Shown here: in pieces, positions 1 to 13,182 of the stretch | Position numbering within the stretch: the first letter of the stretch is position 1 | Layout of the letters: the number at the start of each line of letters is the position of its first letter | The notes under the pieces: generated by a model | The model's input: the letters and a program-made list of their open reading frames with translations, nothing else | What the model was told of the DNA's origin: nothing | The model's database searches: none | DNA from: Felis catus | Taxonomy: Eukaryota | Reading direction: 5' to 3' | Assembly (NCBI RefSeq): GCF_018350175.1 | Contig: NC_058369.1 | Location: 5,952,001 to 6,016,000 of the forward strand | DNA length: 64,000 bases | Made by a program: the position numbers and the translations under genes

Positions 1-360
1 GGAAGACGGGACTGTCGGATCTCTACCAGGGCCGCTACAAAACCAGCTGGATGGGGACGGGCGGGTGGATGAGGGGGGCCGGCTCCCCATCCCGGGGGGC
101 TCCTGCACTGCTGCCACGCCCCTCCGCCAGCAGCCGGGGTCAATATGGTGCACCGGCCGGATGGTGCCGAGAGGCCACCCCCCTGGCCCAGGGACGATCC
201 AGGGGGCAGGACGGCAGGTCTAGGACCTGCTGCTCAGAGTAGCATACGAGCCGCTTCAGCCCGGCCATTTTGGCTCCGTTTTTTAACAGTGCCCTTATTA
301 TCCTGTATATATGCCTGAGATTTGGAAATAATAATAAAACGCCAAAGTGCAGGACAGCAA
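1..360 (+). other. TIMM44: 3' UTR end of an upstream gene, probably TIMM44 (synteny only)
   Basis: AATAAA at 333-338, then GT-rich GTGTTTGTC near 377-385; Pumilio-type TGTATATA at 304-311. No coding sequence is visible, so the name rests on the known TIMM44-CTXN1-SNAPC2 order. Confidence 0.5.
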
Positions 361-739
361 CTCGGGTGGTCTGAGGTGTTTGTCACTGGGGTAGGGGGCA
401 GCTGGGACCGAGGATGGGTGGTGGGAGCTGGCCGGGTGGTCACAGGAGGCGGTCAAGGTCACTGAAGGAACTGCAGCCCTAGACCTTGCCTGCTCAGGAC
501 CCTGCCCTCCCTGGGTCGGGGGTCCTCCACAAGAGCTAGGGAGCTTTTCCGAGGCCTGGCTGGGATCTCGGAAGGTTGGGGTTCCTACAACTGGAGGAGC
601 TTGAGCGTCAGTATGAGTGATTCGGGAGGCATTGGGATTCCCCAAACAGGTCGTCTGCTTGAGGGGTCTATCGCATAGACAGGTGCCGGAGTCGGGCTGG
701 GGCTGTCTGGGGTGCTTGTCGGGGTGGGGTGGGCGAGGT

Positions 740-1440
740 CCTGGGAGCTGATGCGCCCCGCGCCCAGGGTCTCCCAGACGCCTGCGGGCGGGAGCGCTCT
801 TCTCCCGGAGGCCGGGGCGGGGTCGCGAGCCCGCGCGCCGCTCCCTGCGCAGCCTCCGCCCCCCGCGGCGGCCCCGCCCCCCGTCGCCATGGGAACAGCC
901 GCGGCGGCCCGGCTAGCGCGCGGCTCGCCTGCCTCGGTCTCGGGCGCTCCAGGGGCGGGTGGGGTGGGCTGAGCCAGGGCCGCCGCCGCCGCTGCCTCCG
1001 CGGGAGAGAGGCCGAGAGCAGAGCCGGCGCGGGTCCCGGAAGAGAGCGCAGCCGCCGGACGCTCGGTTCCCGTCCCGGTCGAGGCCAGGGTGAGGGGCGC
1101 GGCGGGGCGGGGGTGGTGGGGGAGGGGTCCCCGGGACGCCGGGAACAAAGGGAGCGGGGCGGGGGACAGGGTTTCGCCGCGCCGCCCGGGCTGTGCGTTC
1201 GCACCTGTTGTACGCGGGCCGGCAGGGCCCGGGCTCCCTCTCCCCACTGTCAGCACCCCCACCTGCGCGCATGGCCGGAGTTGGGTCCCTGAGTGCATGT
1301 GGTGGCGTGCCTGCGGCCCGGGCTTGGGCGTAGCCGGGGGGACGGAGGCCCGGGCGGGGGCTGGATCCCGGCAAGGTCAGGGGGCCGCGGCAGGAGGGGG
1401 CGGCGCGGGGAAGGGAAGGCGCAGCCTCATCCCCGCGCCC
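740..1440 (+). promoter_or_regulatory. CpG-island promoter and non-coding exon 1 of CTXN1
   Basis: Dense CpG, GC boxes, X-box-like GTCGCCATGGGAAC at 883-896, donor CAGG|GTGAGG at 1089/1090. Confidence 0.7.
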
Positions 1441-1482
1441 NNNNNNNNNNNNNNNNNNNNNNNNNNNNNNNNNNNNNNNNNN

Positions 1483-1731
1483 NNNNNNNNNNNNNNNNNN
1501 NNNNNNNNNNNNNNNNNNNNNNNNNNNNNNNNNNNNNNNNNNNNNNNNNNNNNNNNNNNNNNNNNNNNNNNNNNNNNNNNNNNNNNNNNNNNNNNNNNNN
1601 NNNNNNNNNNNNNNNNNNNNNNNNNNNNNNNNNNNNNNNNNNNNNNNNNNNNNNNNNNNNNNNNNNNNNNNNNNNNNNNNNNNNNNNNNNNNNNNNNNNN
1701 NNNNNNNNNNNNNNNNNNNNNNNNGGTCTGA
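1483..1731 (+). CDS. CTXN1: Cortexin-1, single coding exon almost entirely inside the N-gap 1441-1724
   Basis: Only G-GTC-TGA (V-stop, 1725-1731) is visible, matching the cortexin-1 end (...YALV*). The 284-nt gap fits an ~82-codon CDS. The start coordinate is inferred from that length. Synteny and AATAAA at 2493-2498 agree. Confidence 0.7.
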   Translation, partial: XXXXXXXXXXXXXXXXXXXXXXXXXXXXXXXXXXXXXXXXXXXXXXXXXXXXXXXXXXXXXXXXXXXXXXXXXXXXXXXXXV

Positions 1732-2492
1732 GCCGAGCGGGGTTTCTCGCCGAGGGCCGACCCGACGGGGGCGCCGCCTGGCCGGGATGGCGCTCAGGAT
1801 CCCACCCCAGATCCTAGCCCGAGGGGACAGGGCGTTAGAAGTCCGGCTCCTCCCCCTCAGACCCCTCCCATCTTTCCTCCCGGCCTGGCCGGAGCCCCAC
1901 TTCGTGCCTTTATCCCGCCCCGTCCTCGCTCCGTGACTCACCGGCCCGGCTGGTCCCCTACTGCCTCCCCGACGGGGAAGAGGACCCCCTCCCCCACCCC
2001 AAGGCGTATTGGTGGCTCTGCTACTGTCCTGCCGCCGCCGAGCATGACTGTCGTGTCCATTCCTGGATGCGGGGGACCCCCGTGTCCCCCTCCCTCCCCT
2101 GTGGTCTGGCCATCCTCACTCCCCCAACCCCGACCCGTCGCCTCGCCCCCCACCCTTAAGTGTTGAGCTGCTCCTGCGGGACAGGCTCTCCTGGGCCCAC
2201 GGGGTGGACGCTGCATAGCAATATGCCCTGCGTGGCCTGCCCCCGGAGACCGAGACTGGAGAGCAACAATGGCTGTTGTGTCCAGGATGCGTGACGCCTG
2301 CGGTGGGAGGAGAGTGCGGGCAGGTTCCCTTCCGCTCCAGCCCCGGCCCCAGTCCAGGTCAGCGCCCTTCCCCCAGTCACCACCTCCGCCCCGCACTGGC
2401 TTTCCTGCCATCTCCCCCGGATCCCTGCTCCCATCCCCGCCTGGCCTCACCCACGCCTTCTCCCTCCTCCCAGCCCCCGAGCCATTGGTGAA

Positions 2493-2498
2493 AATAAA
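2493..2498 (+). terminator. polyA signal of CTXN1
   Basis: AATAAA about 760 nt after the stop codon. Confidence 0.65.
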
Positions 2499-3782
2499 AG
2501 CTATTACTGAGCGCTTACTACATGCCAAGCAGCGTGTGAGTTAGAGCGTCCTGCGCGTGGCCTGCTCCTTCTTCAGGACCCTGAGGCCTGTTAGCATCCC
2601 TAGTCTTACAGGCAAGGGGACGAAGGCCCAGGCAGCCTGAGTGACTAGCCTGTACTAAGTGGCTGGAATTTGAACCCAGGCCTGATTTCCACCTGCTGTC
2701 CGTGAGCCCCATGCTGCCGAGACACCCAGGCCGCATTCTGGGGGTGACTGATGTGCAACCCGGATCCCGCCAGCTCCATGCATAGCCAAGACCCATCCCC
2801 CTTCTTCCCTTGACTTGAGGGGACTGGGGGCTGGGGAATACACGGACTTCGCTGGAGTGGGGAGCTGGAGGGTGTCACCAAGAGGTGGCATGATCTGGCA
2901 CTGACCACATCTGCAGCCTGAAACACCTCTGAGCCTGGTGCCTCCTGCCCACCGTGAACACGTGCACACTGGAAACTGTGGGACTGGCGGCATGGAGTGG
3001 GCTGGCTCTGCTCCACACCCGCCTGGGAGATATGTTTGTGCCCCGGGGGAGCCGTGTGCAATGTGTGTGGGGAGAAGCGAGCGCTTCTATAAAAGGAAGG
3101 CTGTGTGAATGCACGGGCTCCGCGAACAAAATTTACCAGCTCCCAGAAGACTAGTTAGGCTTGGTGGGGGGGGAGGCGGGGGGAGGCAGTGCTGTAGGAG
3201 GATGCTTGGTTCCCCTGCCGTTCCTCTCCCCAACCTGCCCCTGAATCTACGCCCTCAGGCCCCCTGATGAAGGGGGACCCCTTGCTGGGAGACCCAGCAG
3301 CCAGGCCCCTGCCTCTACCCAGCTCAGCTCCTCCCTCCCTGCTCCTGAGGCCCCTCCAGCTCCCCCTCCCTCCCCCTCCTTGCTTCCCTAAGGCCACCTC
3401 AGGGACTCCCTCCCTCCCACCCCTACCTGGGGCCCGGCTCCTCCCATCTGGCCACTCTGCTGGCTTCTCCCCTTCATCTGTGTGACGTGAGGTCACCTGC
3501 TCCGAGAACCTTTCACTCACACCTGTCAGGATCAGGCCTCCATCCTCCATACCGTCACCAAAGGTCCCTCTCACGGCCAGCCCAAGGTCACTCCAGGTGG
3601 CACCGAACCAGACCTGGTCGCAGCAGCCTTTAGCTGCTGGCCTTCCTCCCTGTGTGCCCCTCGATTCGGCCCCTGGGACCCAGCTCTGGCACTCCTACCC
3701 CCGACTTCCCTTTCTGGCACTTTGGGCCTTGACCCCCATCTTTAACTCACAGAAAAAAGGGAGCAAGAGGATTGACAGGAAC

Positions 3783-3788
3783 TTTACT
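3783..3788 (-). terminator. Candidate variant polyA signal (AGTAAA) of SNAPC2
   Basis: AGTAAA on - strand about 330 nt past the stop, followed by a U-rich tract. I saw no canonical AATAAA nearby. Confidence 0.35.
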
Positions 3789-4117
3789 CACAGTTACAGG
3801 ACATAGGATACAGGATGTTGGAAGACACAGGAGCTGGGGCGGGGGCGGGGAGCCCAGGGGGGAGGGTTTGGATTTGACAGTGGCTTTAGCCAAGCCTGCC
3901 TGGCCGCCCCCACCTCAGTTCTGTGGCCAAATGCCTGTACAACTGTGCTGCTTGTTTCGGAGAGCCCCGCGGGATCAGTCATCTTAAAAGCCGCCCCATA
4001 ACGCCCACCGTGTCCGGTACCTTCCGCCGCGACTCATGACAACCCAGTGCCAGCCCACGCAGGACTGAGGGCCAGGGGGTTCACAGATGTCTGGTGTGTC
4101 CTCTGCCTGCCAGGCCT

Positions 4118-6283
4118 TCAACGTGCAGGGGTGGCTGCCTGGCCTAGAAATTCCAGGGGCACCAGGAACGGGTTCAGGGGGCAGACCCCAGCTGCTTGCC
4201 AAGCAGATCTCGGTTCACTGGGCCCAGCATTCTCTGGGGCCTGGGGCATGGCCTGGCTGGCCTCCTCCGGCCCCCTGGGGCTTGTCCCGCCATTCTCAGC
4301 TCTGGGCCCCAGGCCCTCACCAGCTGGGTCCGGCTGGGGGGCCGTCAGGCGCAGGTACGTATCCGACATATGTTTAACCAGGGCCGCGCAGGGCAGGCGG
4401 GGGAGCTCCTCCGGAAGTGCCAGCAGCAGGTCAAGGACCACAGCTGACTCTGGTAAAGGATAGAGAGGAGAGAAGAGTGAGGTGGGGCGGGGCTTGCTAC
4501 CTGGGACTCCCTCACAGCCCCTTCCCGTTATCCTCACCAGCTGCAGAAAGTTCAGGGCCCTGGCAACTGCGGGAGATGGCTGACAGATACTTGTAGATCT
4601 TCTCAAAGTCCACGGAGAGATCTCCTTCAGCCGCGGGATCAGCCAGGGATTCGGAAGGTGCCTCAGGGGCGGGGTCACTTGTCTTGGGGGCGGGGTCACT
4701 TGTCTTGGGGGCGGGGCCAGGGGTCTCCGGGGTCTCAGGGCTCGAGTCCTCCCGCCCTCCAGGGGCGCTGAGCAGCAGCTGCTTTCCACGCGCCTGTGTG
4801 GGCTTGGGGGGCTTGGAGTGCAGGAGGCTGACGGGCTCTGTGGCCGCGATGGTGAGTACCTGGCAGGAAGAGAGATCGGGGAGGGGAAGGCAGAAGTCCT
4901 CCCATCAGCCAGCCCCCTGCCCTGCACAAGGCTGAGCCCTCCACCCCCACCTGCTCACCAAATCCCCCCTGTTAGACGTAACATGCACGAGATGCTTCGG
5001 AAGCGGGGTCACTGGGGCTCAGGGTGCTCAGTGGCTGGCTGGAGTCACAGAGCTGGCCAGGGGAAGGTTCCAAGACCCCAATCCACCGTATTTAGCCTTA
5101 CACGTAACACGCCCATCCTGCCTGGGGGAGGGCCGTACCTGTGAAAAAGCCACAGTCAGGGCTTCCTCCAGCGGGCCTGTTATCTTCTCAGCCAGATCCA
5201 TCCATACCTGGATGGGGAGACCAGAAAGTACACGGTCAGCCTAGGGATCAACCCTCAGGGGTTGATCCAAGCCCTGCCCCTCCTGGGGAGCCCCTGGCCA
5301 GATTATCACTCTCCAACCCCCCGCAACACCCACACCATGCCCCAGGGCCCGGCCGTGGGGGGTGGGGGGTGGGTGGGTCTAGTCCTGCCTCACCTCGATG
5401 GGGGCCGGGGTCTGTGTTTCCCGGCGCCTTGGACCCTGCGGGCCACCTGGATGCACCCTCTGAATGGCCTCCCGGACCACGCGGCCCTTGAGCTGCCGCA
5501 GGAAGTCCCGGATCTGGGGAAGAGAGGAGGAGGCCAAATGAGCCTTCTATACGCCCAGGGCTGGGGAGAGAAGCCAAAGCCGACTGCCTGCCCCAGGACC
5601 GGCACCGCTCCCTAGCCTCCCGCTAGGTGTTAGGGGTCTCTGTGACTCTGCACGGGGACGAGGGCCAAGGCCCCAGGTGTGACCGGCCACTCAATAAAGT
5701 GTTAAGACCCAGGTCAGCTCGGGCTCCTCCCCGCAGCCAGGGCCCACCCCCCGCTAAGTACCACCCCATTCACCTTCCCGCTTCACCCATTCGGCTCCGT
5801 TTCCTGACTCTCACTTCTGCCTCACTCCCGCCAGGTCCCGCTGCCCTTTCCGCCCGGTCCCCGGCCTCCGCTCCCCGCTCCGCCTTATCAGGAGTCCGAC
5901 TTAACCTCTCGCACTCTCGGCCTCCACCTCGCCCCGCCCCTCATCTTCACGTACGCCCCGCCCACCCCATCCTAGCTCCCAAGTTCGTCCCGCCCCCAGC
6001 ATCGCACGCGCCCCGCCCACGCCCCGCCCCTCGACCGCAAGGATGCTCCGCCCACATCCTAGCCCCGCCCCCACCCCGCTTCCTTGCCAGGATTCCTCAC
6101 CTCGGCCTCGCTGCGGCCCGGCAGTTCTCGGGCCAGCTCAGTGGCGTCCGGCTCCGGCTGGCCCTGCCGCGCCTGCAGTAGTCGTAGCAGCTGCCGCTTC
6201 TCGCGGGGGCTCCAGGCCGCGGGGCCGGTCACCTCGCCCAGGTAGCGCGCCGGGGCCGCTCGCCGCCGCTGTGGAGGCTTCAT
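4118..6283 (-). CDS. SNAPC2: snRNA-activating protein complex subunit 2 (SNAP45), 5 coding exons, 341 aa
   Basis: Exons 6283-6101, 5513-5394, 5207-5139, 4859-4538, 4449-4118; all GT-AG and phase-consistent (1026 nt). Translation [21 protein letters not shown]...[11 protein letters not shown]...[21 protein letters not shown]. Confidence 0.96.
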
Positions 6284-6550
6284 GCCGGCGAGGGCGGAGT
6301 CGGCGTTCTGGGCTCGCTTTCCTGGTAGGCGGGGTTACGGAGGCCGCTGGGATCAGAAAGGGCGGCGCGGAGGCGGAAACAGATGGGGGCGTGGCTCCGC
6401 GTTTGCGGCCTGAAGCAACCATCTGGGTGGGAGAGGCTGGAGGGACCCGCCTGAGAACTGTGGCGGGGGCGAATGAGACACACCCGCCCTCCCCGCCTGC
6501 ATTTTATCTCCTTCGGGAACTGGAGCCGAGACCGTAGATCTCGTGCCGTC
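5800..6550 (-). promoter_or_regulatory. CpG island / promoter of SNAPC2
   Basis: High CpG density around exon 1, with GC boxes and an ETS-like GCGGAA. Confidence 0.7.
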
Positions 6551-6818
6551 CCTTCCATTCCTGGACTAAGTCTAGGAGCTCCTACTGTGTGCTTTGCTTC
6601 TCCAAAAGGGGTGGACCCTGGCCGGAAGGCAGCTTGTCCAGTGGTAGCCAAGAACCTGGGCTGTGGGGTCGGCCAGCCCTGGTGACCTAGAGCAAGTGAT
6701 TTGGCCGAGCCGAACCTCAGTTTACCCATTTGTAAAATGAGGTAGTATCCCGCTCAAGGGAAGGGAAGAACTGGGACAGGAGACGTTTATTTAAGAGCTC
6801 TAGAGTAGGGGGAGAGGA

Positions 6819-7023
6819 GGGGTGCCTGGGTGGCTCAGTCGGTTAAGCGGTCGGATTTCGGCTCAGGTCATGATCTCACGATTAGTGAGTTCAAGCCTCG
6901 CCTTGGGCTCTGTGCTGACAGCTCACAGCCTGGAGCCTGCTGAGGATTCTGTGTGCCTCTCTCTCCCTTCCCCTCCCCCGCCCACGCTCTGTCTCAAAAT
7001 AAACATAAAAAAATTTTTTTTTA
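6819..7023 (+). mobile_element. Carnivore tRNA-derived SINE (SINEC, felid type)
   Basis: GGGTGCCTGGGTGGCTCAGTCGGTTAAG head, CT-rich linker, AAATAAAC/A-T tail; imperfect target-site duplication AAGAGCTCTnGAnTAGG on both sides. Confidence 0.92.
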
Positions 7024-7384
7024 AAGAGCTCTGGACTAGGCGGAGAGTAGCCTGGAGCAGAGGCCAGAGGTCGACGCCCTGGCGAGAACAGGGTCCAAGT
7101 GGTGGGGGTGGAGAGCGGAGACGGCCTGGCTTTGGGAAGATCGCACGAGGCAGGTGGGCAGGCGCAGGGGTTGAGGAAGGAGGCGGGGCTTACTTAAAAC
7201 TTAAGCAGGTGGGGTTGGGTATCCCTTTCTGTTTAGGACAACACTTGAATCTCCCCTGGCACACGTACATAAGGGTATCAGCCTGGACCTCTTTCAGCCC
7301 AGACCCCCCTAAGTCCTGGTCCCGAGGCCTCTGCTTCCTGCCCCCTACACCTGCGCCAAGCGCACACGCAGACTTCAAACTCAG

Positions 7385-7654
7385 CAGGTCAGACCAGATG
7401 TTTATTTTGAGCCCAGGTGGGAGGGTGTGCGGAGCAGCGGGTCGGAGGCGGGAGGGTGCAGGACGCTGGGATGGCGGTCCCATCGGGTCAGAGGTCGACC
7501 TCGGCCGATCCAGTCCTGGCGGACCTGGTTCGAGGCGTGGCTGGTGTGTCTCAGGACCCCGCTGGGGGTGTGCCAGCCCTGGGGAGAGGCTACCCAGGCC
7601 GAACGAAGTAGAGGACACCCCCTTCCCAGCTGATCATCGGCCTCCTCCATCGAT
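7385..7654 (-). other. TGFBR3L: Candidate non-coding last exon of TGFBR3L with polyA signal
   Basis: Donor G|GTAGGT one nt after the stop; acceptor CTCAC...CACAG| at 7655/7654; AATAAA on - strand at 7401-7406. Confidence 0.5.
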
Positions 7655-7739
7655 CTGTGTGCCGGAGTGAGGGCGGGTGTTGGGTCTGTCCGAGGTTTGA
7701 GGACCCCTTTTGTGACACAGGGCCCGAAGTTGGCCGTGG

Positions 7740-7930
7740 GTGACCCAGTGCCTGAGTTTGAATCCAGCTCCACCCAATTTTGTGACCTTCGACAACTTCA
7801 GAGAGTGTCTCATGTTTCTCATTTCTAATATGGGGTTTATGATAGGAGCTACCTGGAAGTTGTTGCCAGGATGAATGAAGTTAATAGGCGTGAAGCCTTC
7901 AGAACACTCCCTGGCACAAGGGAAAGCCTA
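7740..7930 (+). mobile_element. MIR fragment
   Basis: MIR-core-like TTTGAATCCAGCTCC...TGTGACCTT...GTTTCTCATTTCTAATATGGG...GTTGCCAGGATGAATGA. Confidence 0.6.
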
Positions 7931-8014
7931 TGAAGAGTCATTCTCAGCACCCCCCTCTTCCAGCTGGCCCCACGTTACAGCCTCCCCCTACCCCCGTCGC
8001 CAAATTTACCTACC

Positions 8015-10706
<2,692 letters not shown>

Positions 10707-10787
10707 GCTGGACTGGCAGTCAGGTGTGCCCCAGCAGCCGAGGCGCCGGCGGGCGGCACCCAGGCCTGGCAGGTAGGCAGGCAGCCC

Positions 10788-10884
10788 TGTCCTTGGCTGA
10801 GCGGCCACCCCAGGAGGCAGGGCGCGGGGGCGGTGGACTGAAGGGTGTACATCAGAGCCAGCACCCAAGGCCTGCCGGGGATTA
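10788..10884 (-). promoter_or_regulatory. Putative TGFBR3L proximal promoter motifs (NR5A1/SF-1-type and PITX-type)
   Basis: CCAAGGACA (- strand, 10788-10796), CCAAGGCCT (+, 10865-10873), TAATCC (- strand, 10879-10884), about 80-180 nt upstream of the ATG. Confidence 0.5.
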
Positions 10885-11136
10885 AGGGCTCCTCTCTGGC
10901 CAACCTGTGGCCATCGGGGTTGGGGGGGGGGGGGAGGTCCCTCACCCCGGTCGCTCGGCATCGGGCAGCTCACTACAAACACCGCCCTACCAGGCCCTGG
11001 CCCGGCTCCAGTCTCCCCTCCACGCAGAGGAAGGCACTACGCCCGCGGCCCCCCAGCTCAGGGCTCACAGCCCCCTCCCGCCCGGCCCTGCCGAGCTCTA
11101 GACACACAGAGACACGATGGAAGAAAAGGGAGGGGT

Positions 11137-11142
11137 TTTATT
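11137..11142 (-). terminator. polyA signal of MAP2K7
   Basis: AATAAA on - strand followed by a GU-rich GTGTCTCTGTGTGTC element. Confidence 0.8.
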
Positions 11143-11176
11143 CTCAAGCGTCTAAGGATTTACAAACGAGGGCATT

Positions 11177-11351
11177 TCATTTTAAAAAGGGACAGGGGAA
11201 TACTGGCGACCAGAGAAGGGGGCTGTGGGCCACCCCAGGCCCCTGCCCGCCCGCTCCACCCTCTGCCTGGTCAAGAGGGAGGGCTGGTGACCGGTGACGG
11301 AGGGCAGGCCAGGAAAGAGGCAGAGGGGAAGAGGTTCCCCCAGAACTCCCA
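11177..11351 (-). CDS. MAP2K7: Candidate alternative C-terminal exon of MAP2K7
   Basis: Donor TTCAG|GTAG overlapping the normal stop joins AAG|T at 11352/11351, giving ...FF-SGSSGGTSS...SPALPLDQAE...FLK*. Confidence 0.5.
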
Positions 11352-13182
11352 CTTAACACTGAAGGAGGGCAGGGGTGGGCAGACACACTCACAAAACAGA
11401 AAATAGTTAAATAAAAGTAAATCCAGGTGGCCGGCCTAGGGCCTGCGCTGGCCCTGGGACCAGCCATGGAACCTTCCGGCTACCCACAAAGGCCCCCCTG
11501 GCCGGGCCAGGCGAGGGAGCATGGGGGACCAGGCCTGTTGGCCCCCCACCCTGCGCCCATCCCCTCACAAAGGAGACCGGGGCGGGAGAAGGTGGCCGTT
11601 CCCCTCCCGGGGAGGGGGGGCAAAGAGCAGAGAACTTGCGTACTTTTAAACATGCGGCATTTCGTGAGTATGGACAGGAACAAGAGAATACAGGGATGCC
11701 TAGGTCTAGACTGCTTCAGCTACATCCGGCCAAGTTCCTCACCTTTGGTGTTGGTGGGTTTTTTGTTTTTTTTCATTTTGTTTTGTTTTGTTTCGTCGTC
11801 CACTTGGTTTGCATGCATCACCAACAAAAAGGAAACACACCCCCTCCCATTCCGGCTGCTGCACAGGGCTCGGGCGGACTGGCCAGCTCTGGGGGGGTCG
11901 AGGGGCGCTCAGGGGCACTACGAGGGCGTGACTGCCTGCACACGCCCAGCCCTCAGCCAGCCCCACCTCTGTCCCGTCACACGTCCTCGAACCCCCACGC
12001 TCACCACTTGCACCCTCAATCCCTGCCTCCCCGGGGCTCCACGGCCCCGCTTCTGCCACCGACTCCTTCCACCACCTCCCTGCCGCGGCAGCGCCTGCTG
12101 CCCTCGGCGTGCCCTGTGCCCGCCTTCCCTGAAGGCCACCCTGTGTGGCCGCGGCCCCTTGGGCTCCCTCCATGCCCCCTGAGGTCCTCAACTCACCCCC
12201 CAAGCTGTGGCCAGTCTCCAGCCCCGAGGGCTGGCCCCGAGGGAGGAGGAACGCCCCCAGAGCCCACCTTTGGGGCTTGGCCCCCAGCCCCAGACGCCCG
12301 TGCCCACAGGCGGTCAGGGGCTCCACCGCAAGCAGCTAAACATGACTTTGGTAAAAGTTTCTGAAGGTACCGACAAACCCCGTGAGAACAAGCTNNNNNN
12401 NNNNNNNNNNNNNNNNNNNNNNNNNNNNNNNNNNNNNNNNNNNNNNNNNNNNNNNNNNNNNNNNNNNNNNNNNNNNNNNNNNNNNNNNNNNNNNNNNNNN
12501 NNNNNNNNNNNNNNNNNNNNNNNNNNNNNNNNNNNNNNNNNNNNNNNNNNGTAGTCATAACGCCCAGCCCGCCTTCCTGGGGCGAAGACACCAGCCGACC
12601 GACTCGCCGTTGCTGGAGACCTAAGTGGACCCAGGGGTCCCCCCCCTCACCCCTGGGGGTGGCAGAGCCCAAATCTGGGCCAGGAGAGAGGCAGAGGCAG
12701 GGAAGGAGGTGGGGAAAGCCAGAGAGGTAGACAAGGGATGAGAGAGAGGGGACAGACACAAGGAACGTGTTCGCAGAGGGGAGGCAGAGGGGACAACACA
12801 CAGCGGGTGGGGTGGGGAGGGAAGGGGCAGGACGGGCGGCTCTCTCCCGGGCCCTGGGGGCCGCCCCAGCCCAGAGGTTACGACTGAATAAATAGCGAGT
12901 CTGCTCGTGGCCTGCTGTCTTCCGTTCACAGTGTCTGTCAGGGGGACGCGCACGGCCGGCTGACCCCGGGACGGGAAGGGCTGGGGCCTGGCGAGCCCGT
13001 CTGTCCACAGCTGGTGGGCAGGGAGTCGGGGGTGGGTCGGCGCCCCCTACTTTCTGTCCTCAGCCCTCAGCAGCCATCCAGATCCCAGGTCTCCCCTGGC
13101 GGGCAGCTGGGTGGCCAGGTGGGGAAGGGGGGGCCTGTGGCCATGCCCCCGGCCCCCGGTGGGGCTGGCCGCCACCACGTGG

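Noticed and set aside
1249-1270. REST/RE1 site in the CTXN1 intron
   Set aside because: Only the left half-site TCAGCACC matches; the GGACAG half is absent.
1441-1724. Loss or pseudogenisation of CTXN1 (and of MAP2K7/EVI5L first exons)
   Set aside because: The missing exons coincide with N-gaps of suitable size, and residual bases match the expected codons.
6819-6900. tRNA gene
   Set aside because: The A/B-box-like sequence is the head of a SINEC element.
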